Source: Vicinamibacterales bacterium (GTDB lineage: Bacteria > Acidobacteriota > Vicinamibacteria > Vicinamibacterales > JAMQPK01). Taken from it: a stretch of DNA of 64,000 nucleotides. Made by a program: the position numbers and the translations under genes. The notes under the pieces were generated by a model that saw only the letters and a list, made by a program, of their open reading frames with translations, did not search any database and had not been told where the DNA came from. The stretch is taken from positions 8,323 to 72,322 of the forward strand of contig DASZHO010000200.1 of NCBI GenBank assembly GCA_035937795.1, given 5' to 3'. This document shows, one piece after another, positions 55,743-64,000 of this stretch; position 1 is the first letter of the stretch; every line of letters begins with the position of its first letter.

Positions 55743-55831
55743 ACTGTTCTCTGGTTCGCCATTCTACCAATGCATCGTGAATGGCGTATCGTCGGAACCT
55801 CAGGCGTCGCGCCGTGTACGACAATGCTTGT

Positions 55832-56050
55832 ATGGCCATGGGTACGCGTGAGCATGAACAGCCGCCGTTGTGGCCCCGGACCACTCGACGATTTCGCGGA
55901 CGCGGCGCCCGAGCGACGTGGATACGCATCGCGCCGTGTTTACCTGGGTGCAGCAACGGCTGGTCGAGGCCGGACTCCTGAAGGGCAAGACCGTCGCGAT
56001 CGACGCGACGACGGTGGAAGCGAATGCGGCGATGCGCAGCGGCGCAAAAT
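55832..56050 (+). mobile_element. Frameshifted, truncated relic of an IS5/IS1182-type (DUF772) transposase gene
   Basis: Homology is spread over three frames: MAMGTREHEQPPLW, GPLDDFADAAPE, and APDHSTISRTRRPSDVDTHRAVFTWVQQRLVEAGLLKGKTVAIDATTVEANAAMRS. The last block matches the conserved transposase N-terminal region from memory. No catalytic DDE part and no inverted repeats were seen. Confidence 0.6.
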
Positions 56051-56141
56051 CGATACTCCGTGAGGGATCCCAGCTGGATATTGAAGCAATTACAGTCGCT
56101 AGCAGTGGTTGGACGGTGTAACATCTGCAACTCTTCGCGCC

Positions 56142-56187
56142 ATGAGCCCTTCGCCTTGAGCCTTCGCCCTTAGCTCTGAGCCCTGAA
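56142..56187 (+). repeat. 7-nt-period array ATGAGCC CTTCGCC TTGAGCC TTCGCCC TTAGCTC TGAGCCC TGAA
   Basis: Read directly. It ends exactly at the tatD ATG (56188). Confidence 0.7.
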
Positions 56188-56967
56188 ATGATCGACTCCC
56201 ATTGCCACCTGGCCGATGACGCCTTTGCCGCTGATCTGGGCGCCGTGATCGATCGCGCGAAAGCCGCCGGGCTGACGCACGCGCTCTGCATTCTCGCCGC
56301 AGGCAACGCGACCGAAGCCGAGCGGGCGGCTCGTGCCCGGACGCTGTGGCCGGGCGTTCGGACGGCCGTAGGCGTGCATCCCCATCAGGCGGGCGAATAC
56401 GAGGACCGCGAGGACGACCTCGCGGTCATGGTCAAAAGCCAGATCTCGGGAGATCCGGCCGCGCGCGCGGTTGGCGAGATCGGCCTCGACTATCACTACG
56501 ACTTGGCGGCGAAGGAAACGCAGCGGCGTGTCTTCCGCGCGCAGATTCAGGTCGCTCGCGACATCGATCTGCCTGTCGTGATCCACACCCGCGAAGCCGA
56601 AGACGACACGCTCGCCATCTTGCGCGAGGAAGCTGCCGGCGGCTTGCGCGGTGTGCTGCATTGCTTCACCGGTACCCGCGCGTTGGCCGAGGAGGCGCTC
56701 GCCCTTGGATTACACATTTCGTTCGCCGGCATCGTCACCTTCCCCAAGGCAGGGGCGCTGAGGGATATTGCGCCCGCGGTGCCTGAAAACCGGTTGTTGT
56801 GCGAGACTGACAGTCCGTATCTCGCACCCACGCCGTACCGTGGGAAGCGCAACGAGCCCGCATGGGTGATCCGCATCGCCGAAGAACTCGCGGCGCTCCG
56901 ACAGGTGTCCGCAGACGAACTTCGGGAGCGGATGGCGGAGAATTTCGCCGCGCTGTTTCGCCCGTAA
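56188..56967 (+). CDS. tatD: TatD-family metal-dependent hydrolase/DNase
   Basis: MIDSHCHL, EIGLDYHYD, VVIHTREAEDD, GVLHCFTG, ETDSPYLAPTPYRGKRNEPAWV. Confidence 0.9.
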   Translation: MIDSHCHLADDAFAADLGAVIDRAKAAGLTHALCILAAGNATEAERAARARTLWPGVRTAVGVHPHQAGEYEDREDDLAVMVKSQISGDPAARAVGEIGLDYHYDLAAKETQRRVFRAQIQVARDIDLPVVIHTREAEDDTLAILREEAAGGLRGVLHCFTGTRALAEEALALGLHISFAGIVTFPKAGALRDIAPAVPENRLLCETDSPYLAPTPYRGKRNEPAWVIRIAEELAALRQVSADELRERMAENFAALFRP

Positions 56968-57031
56968 CGCTGCGCAAGGCAAGCGCCCGTTCGTTGACAC
57001 CCTCTCGGGAGTATGGTCTGATCATCTCGCT

Positions 57032-58039
57032 TTGAAGCACGCCGTCGAGCAACATCCGTCGTACGCCACGCTCGTCCAGATGTTCGAACCGATCCGGGCC
57101 GACCTGGAAAAGGTCGAGACCGAGTTCTACCGTCACGTCGAATCCCAGGTCGATCTCATTCCGAAAATCGGACGCTACATCCAGAACGGCGGCGGCAAGC
57201 GCGTCCGGCCGGCCGTGCTCCTGATGGCGGCAAGACTGACGGGCTACACGGGAGAGCTCGCCGTTCTTTACGCGGCGGTTGTCGAGTTCATCCACACCGC
57301 CACGCTCGTGCACGACGACATCATCGACGACTCGAAGTGGCGGCGCGGCCAACCCTCGGTGCATTCGCGATGGGGAAGCGACGTCACCGTGCTGCTTGGC
57401 GACTACCTGTACATCAAATCGATGGGGTTGGCGTTGACGCCTGACCGGCTCGATATCGTCCGCCAGCTCTGCGACGTGACGCTGCGGATGATTGAAGGCG
57501 AGCTGTATCAGCTTTCCAAGAAGGGCGACCTCGCGCTCACGGAAGACGAGCATCTGGAGATCGTCCGGCGCAAGACGGCGTATCTGTTCGGGGGCTGCGC
57601 GCGCATCGGCGGCGTGCTGGGCAACGCGAAACCGGAACAGGAACGTGCGCTGCAGGAATACGGCATCAGCCTCGGCATGTCGTTCCAGCTCATCGACGAT
57701 CTGCTGGATTTTTCAGGCGACCAGTCGGCGCTCGGCAAGCCGGTGGGCGGCGATCTTCGCGAAGGCAAGGTCACGCTGCCGATGATCCGGCTGCTTCAGC
57801 ACGCCGACGCCGACACGACCGAGATGATCACCGCAGTCGTGCGCGACGGCCTCGTGACGCCGGAAGGATGGCGCGAGTTGTGCCGCCTGCTTCACGAAAC
57901 GCGCTCGGTGGAGTACGCGATGGAGAAGGCGCAGCAATTCGCCGACGCCGCCAAGAAGCACCTGTGCGTGTTTCCGCCGTCTCCCGAGCGGGACGCGCTG
58001 ATGGCGCTTCCGGATTACATCCTCGCCAGAGATCGATAG
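57032..58039 (+). CDS. Long-chain polyprenyl diphosphate synthase (IspB-like)
   Basis: GGKRVRPAVLL; LVHDDIIDD (first DDxxD); FQLIDDLLD (second DDxxD). Start is TTG 57032 or ATG 57080. Chain length cannot be judged. Confidence 0.85.
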   Translation: MKHAVEQHPSYATLVQMFEPIRADLEKVETEFYRHVESQVDLIPKIGRYIQNGGGKRVRPAVLLMAARLTGYTGELAVLYAAVVEFIHTATLVHDDIIDDSKWRRGQPSVHSRWGSDVTVLLGDYLYIKSMGLALTPDRLDIVRQLCDVTLRMIEGELYQLSKKGDLALTEDEHLEIVRRKTAYLFGGCARIGGVLGNAKPEQERALQEYGISLGMSFQLIDDLLDFSGDQSALGKPVGGDLREGKVTLPMIRLLQHADADTTEMITAVVRDGLVTPEGWRELCRLLHETRSVEYAMEKAQQFADAAKKHLCVFPPSPERDALMALPDYILARDR

Positions 58040-60079
<2,040 letters not shown>

Positions 60080-60091
60080 TCACTAGGATTC

Positions 60092-61648
60092 ATGTCCCGG
60101 CCCTTTGTATTCGTGACGCTCGCGCTCACCGCGGCGATATCCTTCATGGTCGGTCTCCTGGTCGCCGTATCGGTAGTGCCGGCGTCAGCCCCGTCAGCCC
60201 CAATGACCGGCAGCCGCGCATGGGACCGGGCTCCATCTGCATCGCAGCCGCAGGCGCCGACGGCCGGCTTGGCGGCGGTCGTCCACGCCGGCAAGGCGGC
60301 GACGCCTCCGGTCACGGGCCTGGTGAATTTTGCCGACGTCGCCGAAAGCATCAACCCGGCCGTCGTCAACATCGAAGCCACCGCGCGGCCAGGAGAATCA
60401 GCGAACCGCCGCCGGCGCCCCCAGCCTGATTCGGGGCTCCTGGATGAAGGCGCACCCGGCCTGCAGAACATGCCGCCGCTTCATCCCCAGTCGGGCAGCG
60501 GGTTCGTGATCGAAAAGAACGGCCAGATCCTGACCAACTATCACGTGATACAGGGGGCCGAACGCATCACGGTGAAGTTTTCGGACGGCCGCAATCTGGT
60601 TGCCCGGGTGCTCGGCATTGATCCCGACACCGACATTGCCCTCATCAGAGTCGACGGCACGAATTTTCCTGTTGCTCCCCTCGGCAATTCTGATGCGCTG
60701 CGCGTCGGCGAATGGGTGTGCGCCATCGGCAATCCGCTCGCGTACGAGCACACGGTGACGGTGGGCGTGGTCAGCTATCTTGGCCGGAAGCTTTTCGACA
60801 GCAGCCTGGACAATTACATCCAGACCGACGCCGCGATCAACTTCGGCAACAGCGGCGGGCCGTTGATCAACAGCAGGGGCGAAGTGGTGGGCATCAACGC
60901 GGCCATCAGCCAGCGCGCGAGCAGCATCGGGTTCGCCGTGCCCATCAATGAGGCCACCGCGATTCTCCCGCAACTGAAGAGCGACGGCCGGGTCTCGCGC
61001 GGGTTCATGGGCGTGGGGCTCACCGACGTCGATCCGGATCTGCAACGTTCGCTGAGGCTCGGCTCGGTGCGCGGCGCACTGGTGCAGGACGTGTCTGCGG
61101 GATCCCCGGGCGAACGCGCGGGCTTGCGGCCTTACGACCTCATTACCGCCATTGAGGGCAGGGGCGTGGCCACCAACGACGAGATTATTCGCGAAGTGGC
61201 GCGCCGCGGGCCCGGCACGGTGGCTCGCCTCGAGATTGTGCGCGACGGCCAGCCGCAGGTGCTGACGGTGCGACTGGGAGAGAGGCCGAGCCGCCAGCCC
61301 CCTGATCCAGCCGAAGGCAGAGGTCACGCGATCTTGCAGGCCTCCGCCGGCATGCCCCTCGGGCTTGACGTGCGCGATCTCGACCGCGATCTCGTCCGGC
61401 GACTCCGTCTGCCGGGCGGCATGCGGGGCGTGGTGGTGACGCGCGTCGACCCCTTGAGCGCTGCGTGGGACGCCGGCATCCAGCGCGATTACGTCGTGTT
61501 GGAAATCAATCGGCGTCCCGTGACGTCTGTGGACGGTTACAACCGGCTTGCCCGAGCCGCGCGCCCCGGCGACGTCGTTGCGGTGTATGTCTATGTTCCC
61601 GGCCTCGAACAGCGCGCCATACGGGGCGTCCGCGTCGACGCGCGCTAG
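60092..61648 (+). CDS. htrA: HtrA/DegP/DegQ-family periplasmic serine protease with two PDZ domains
   Basis: TNYHVI (His), DIALIRV (Asp), GNSGGPLIN (Ser), followed by two PDZ-like regions. Confidence 0.88.
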   Translation: MSRPFVFVTLALTAAISFMVGLLVAVSVVPASAPSAPMTGSRAWDRAPSASQPQAPTAGLAAVVHAGKAATPPVTGLVNFADVAESINPAVVNIEATARPGESANRRRRPQPDSGLLDEGAPGLQNMPPLHPQSGSGFVIEKNGQILTNYHVIQGAERITVKFSDGRNLVARVLGIDPDTDIALIRVDGTNFPVAPLGNSDALRVGEWVCAIGNPLAYEHTVTVGVVSYLGRKLFDSSLDNYIQTDAAINFGNSGGPLINSRGEVVGINAAISQRASSIGFAVPINEATAILPQLKSDGRVSRGFMGVGLTDVDPDLQRSLRLGSVRGALVQDVSAGSPGERAGLRPYDLITAIEGRGVATNDEIIREVARRGPGTVARLEIVRDGQPQVLTVRLGERPSRQPPDPAEGRGHAILQASAGMPLGLDVRDLDRDLVRRLRLPGGMRGVVVTRVDPLSAAWDAGIQRDYVVLEINRRPVTSVDGYNRLARAARPGDVVAVYVYVPGLEQRAIRGVRVDAR

Positions 61649-61674
61649 CCTCCCTGTTTACGCCCACATTGGCC

Positions 61675-63069
61675 ATGAAGCCTCGAATTCTCGTGATTGA
61701 TGACGATGCGGGGATCCGCGAGTCGGTAAGACGCACGTTGGAATACCAGGGGTATCAGTTCGTGGGTGCTGCCACCGGCCCCGAAGGGCTGGCGCTGATC
61801 GAGCGCGACACTCCCGACCTCGTGTTCCTCGATATCAAGATGCCCGGCATGGATGGCCTCGAAGTGCTCGAGCGGATCAAGACATCCAATCCCGCGCTGC
61901 CGGTGGTGATGGTCTCGGGGCACGGCACCACGCAAACCGGCTTTGAGGCGCGCGACAGGGGAGCGTCGGGATTCATCGAAAAGCCCTTCTCGGAGGCGGT
62001 GCTCATCGAGCGGGTCCAGAAGGAGCTGAGTGAAAACCGCACGCAAACCGCTTACCGGGCGCTCCGCCAGGAGATTGACTCCCGTTATCAGATGGTCGGC
62101 AACGGCCCGGCGCTCCAGAAAGTGCAGGACGCCATTCACAAAGCGGGGCCCAGCAAGGCCACCGTGCTCCTGCAGGGTGAGAGCGGCGTTGGCAAAGAGC
62201 TGGTGGCGCGGACCATCCATCGCAACAGCCCGCGCAGCCGCGAGCGCTTTGTTCAGGTCAATTGCGCCGCGATTCCCGAAGATCTCATCGAGTCGGAATT
62301 GTTCGGCCACGAAAAGGGCTCCTTCACCGGAGCCACCGAACGGCAAGTGGGCAAGTTCGAGCAGGCCGACCGCGGCACGATCTTTCTCGATGAAGTCGGC
62401 GATATGAGCCTGAAGACGCAGGCCAAAGTGCTCCGCGTGCTCCAGGAAGGCGAAGTGGAGAGGCTTGGTTCGGCGAAGACCGCAACGGTGGACGTCCGCG
62501 TGATTGCCGCCACCAACAAGAACCTTGAAGAGGAAATCGAAAAGGGCAATTTTCGCGAGGACTTGTATTTCCGGCTCGCCGTCATCCCGATTTACGTGCC
62601 GCCGCTGCGCGAGCGCCCCGAAGATATCCCGCTGCTGCTAAAGCATTTCCTGGACACGTTGAGCCGCGAGAACAACCAGAAGCCCAAGCGCATGACGCCG
62701 GCAGCCATCGAAGCGTTCAAGCGTCACCGCTGGCGCGGCAATATCCGCGAGCTGAGAAACACCGTCGAGCGGCTCATCATCATGAGCTCGGGCGACATGA
62801 TCGACCTGCCCGACCTGCCCGAATCGCTGCGCTCCGACAAGGCCGCGCCGCGGCCCGCGGTCACGGGCGCTCCGGCGGTCTCGAGCGGCACGGCGGATGC
62901 CGGCACGCTGCGGCAATTCAAAGAGTCGGCCGAGCGGGCCTATCTGGTCGAGAAACTGCGCGAGAACGCGTGGAATATTTCGAAGACCGCGGAGGTGATC
63001 GGCACGCCGCGCAGCAATCTCTACAAGAAGCTGGAGCAGTACGCGATCCGGCAGGAAACCGACGGATAG
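61675..63069 (+). CDS. Sigma-54-dependent response regulator (NtrC/Fis family enhancer-binding protein)
   Basis: ATG 61675. REC domain ILVIDDD...LVFLDIKMPGMDG; AAA+ GESGVGKE; GAFTGA-type loop EKGSFTGA; C-terminal HTH WNISKTAEVIGTPRSNLYKKLEQY. Confidence 0.88.
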   Translation: MKPRILVIDDDAGIRESVRRTLEYQGYQFVGAATGPEGLALIERDTPDLVFLDIKMPGMDGLEVLERIKTSNPALPVVMVSGHGTTQTGFEARDRGASGFIEKPFSEAVLIERVQKELSENRTQTAYRALRQEIDSRYQMVGNGPALQKVQDAIHKAGPSKATVLLQGESGVGKELVARTIHRNSPRSRERFVQVNCAAIPEDLIESELFGHEKGSFTGATERQVGKFEQADRGTIFLDEVGDMSLKTQAKVLRVLQEGEVERLGSAKTATVDVRVIAATNKNLEEEIEKGNFREDLYFRLAVIPIYVPPLRERPEDIPLLLKHFLDTLSRENNQKPKRMTPAAIEAFKRHRWRGNIRELRNTVERLIIMSSGDMIDLPDLPESLRSDKAAPRPAVTGAPAVSSGTADAGTLRQFKESAERAYLVEKLRENAWNISKTAEVIGTPRSNLYKKLEQYAIRQETDG

Positions 63070-63084
63070 GAACGGGACCAAGCC

Positions 63085-63158
63085 TTGGGCCCTGAGGCTT
63101 GAGAGCCCTGCTTGAGCCCTGAGCTTGAGCCCTGAGCCTTGAGCCCTGAGCCCTTTTG
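63085..63158 (+). repeat. Largest YTGAGCC heptamer tandem array (about 10 units)
   Basis: Read directly: TTGGGCC CTGAGGC TTGAGAGCC CTGC TTGAGCC CTGAGC TTGAGCC CTGAGCC TTGAGCC CTGAGCC CTTTTGAG. It lies between the activator stop (63069) and rnpB. Confidence 0.9.
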
Positions 63159-63188
63159 AGTCACACTGTGGGTTCGTTCTTTGACAAC

Positions 63189-63694
63189 ACCGCCGCAGTC
63201 GGCCAGACGATCGCTGCCGGTGAAGGCGACCTCGTTTTCACTGGGAGAGGAAAGTCCGAACTCCGCAGGGCAGTGCGCCGGGTAACGCCCGGTCAGGGTG
63301 ACCTGAAGGACAGTGGCACAGAAAATATACCGCCCGCCTGTACGCTTCGCGCCAGGCGTTGCCGGCCCGCAAGGGCTTGCGGCGCCGAAGCCGGAGACGA
63401 AGGCGGGTAAGGGTGAAAAGGTGCGGTAAGAGCGCACCGCGTCTGCCGTAAGGCAGATGGCAGGCAAAACCCCGCACGGAGCAAGACCAAATAGGGAAGC
63501 GACGCGCTCGCTCGCGAGCGTCGAAAGGACGGCCCGTCCCAGGCTTCCGGGTAGGTCGCTTGAGTCCGCCAGCGATGGCGGAGCTAGAGGAATGATCGTC
63601 TCCCGAGGCGCGGCTCTCGTGCGCGCGACATCGCGTGCGTGGTGAGCTTCGCGGAGGGAACAGAATTCGGCTTACGGTCCGGCTGCGGCGCTTT
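63189..63694 (+). ncRNA. rnpB: RNase P RNA, bacterial type A
   Basis: GAGGAAAGTCCG (63247-63258), GGGTAACGCCCGG, GTAAGGGTGAAAAGGTGCGGTAAGAGCGCACC (63407-63438), ACAGAATTCGGCTTA (63659-63674). P1 pairing: CGCCGCAGTCGG near 63191 with CCGGCTGCGGCG near 63679-63690. The ends are approximate (+/-5 nt). Confidence 0.9.
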
Positions 63695-63702
63695 TTGGCT
63701 CT

Positions 63703-63765
63703 CAACTTTTTACTTTTAACTTTCAACTTTTAACTTTTTACTTTCAACTTTTAACTCTTTACTTT
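63703..63765 (+). repeat. AT-rich heptamer tandem array (NNACTTT) x9
   Basis: Read directly: CAACTTT TTACTTT TAACTTT CAACTTT TAACTTT TTACTTT CAACTTT TAACTCT TTACTTT. It ends 2 nt before ATG 63768. There is no G on the + strand from 63699 to 63769. Confidence 0.9.
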
Positions 63766-63767
63766 CC

Positions 63768-64000
63768 ATGACCTATCTCGTCACCGGCGGAGCCGGCTTC
63801 ATCGGCTCCCACCTTGCTGAAGAGCTGAGCCGCCGCGGAGAGCGCGTCCGCGTGGTCGACAGCTTCATCACCGGCAAGCGCCAGAATCTGACGCATCTAT
63901 CCAACGTCGAGCTGATCGAAGGCGATCTCGCGGACCTGAAGATCGCGCAGGCCGCGGTAGCCGGCATCGACTACGTGCTCCACCAGGCGGCGATCCCGTC
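63768..64000 (+). CDS. NAD-dependent epimerase/dehydratase (extended SDR), N-terminal part; runs off the window
   Basis: My own translation: MTYLVTGGAGFIGSHLAEELSRRGERVRVVDSFITGKRQNLTHLSNVELIEGDLADLKIAQAAVAGIDYVLHQAAIP (GxxGxxG Rossmann motif). It is absent from the ORF track because there is no stop inside the window. Confidence 0.8.
   Translation, partial: MTYLVTGGAGFIGSHLAEELSRRGERVRVVDSFITGKRQNLTHLSNVELIEGDLADLKIAQAAVAGIDYVLHQAAIP

Noticed and set aside
55120-56130. 336-aa minus-strand ORF spanning the MBL gene and the IS relic
   Set aside because: It runs out of frame through the well-supported MBL gene 54792..55742 and antisense to the transposase relic. It has an Arg-rich translation.
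63181-63186. TTGACA as the -35 of an rnpB promoter
   Set aside because: A -10 element 17 nt downstream would fall inside the P1 stem of the mature RNA (which begins near 63189), and the sequence there (CAGACG) is not -10-like.
63085-63765. CRISPR array interpretation of the tandem repeats (also 47585-47612 and 56142-56187)
   Set aside because: The units are 7 nt and contiguous, with no spacers. No cas genes are present in the window.

Overview
This is a visibly high-GC bacterial chromosomal segment (roughly two-thirds G+C by eye), gene-dense on both strands. It looks Gram-negative-type: lipoboxes, a beta-barrel OMP candidate, HtrA, a sigma-54 activator and a type A RNase P RNA. The lineage cannot be fixed without a search.

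Positions 1-40947 form one very large glycan/glycoconjugate locus. It contains:
- a carbamoyltransferase, an MBOAT and two SGNH proteins (O-acyl/carbamoyl decoration);
- a Wzx flippase, GT2/GT4 transferases and a polysaccharide deacetylase;
- a heptose-type nucleotide-sugar module (GmhA-like, HldE-like with inverted domain order, SDR epimerases);
- a Glf-like flavoenzyme, methyl- and acetyltransferases, an O-antigen-ligase-like protein and an MprF/UPF0104 flippase-like protein;
- unusually, seven further large polytopic GT-C-like membrane proteins, two of them fused to PA14 lectin-like domains.

Embedded in the locus are three paralogous lipoproteins, each with a Ser/Thr/Pro linker, one or two 'YYW' repeat modules and a shared unrecognised C-terminal domain. 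One of them is preceded by a translationally coupled small Arg-rich protein. There is also an ~80-nt in-frame relic of a duplicated isomerase gene.

Positions 40950-64000 are mostly housekeeping: ttcA, dtd, glpD, dapF, radC, larC, metG, a hupE-like gene, three MBL-fold hydrolases, tatD, a polyprenyl synthase, ligA, htrA, an NtrC-type activator, rnpB and the start of an epimerase. This part also holds an IS-transposase relic.

The non-coding surprise is a family of 7-nt-period tandem repeats. YTGAGCC arrays occur in five intergenic gaps, and a G-free (NNACTTT)x9 array lies between rnpB and the next start codon.

Limits: all protein-family calls are by eye from remembered motifs. No database search, HMM, folding or statistics were run. 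Start codons are often uncertain, because the ORF track opens at ATG/GTG/TTG and high GC keeps many false frames open.
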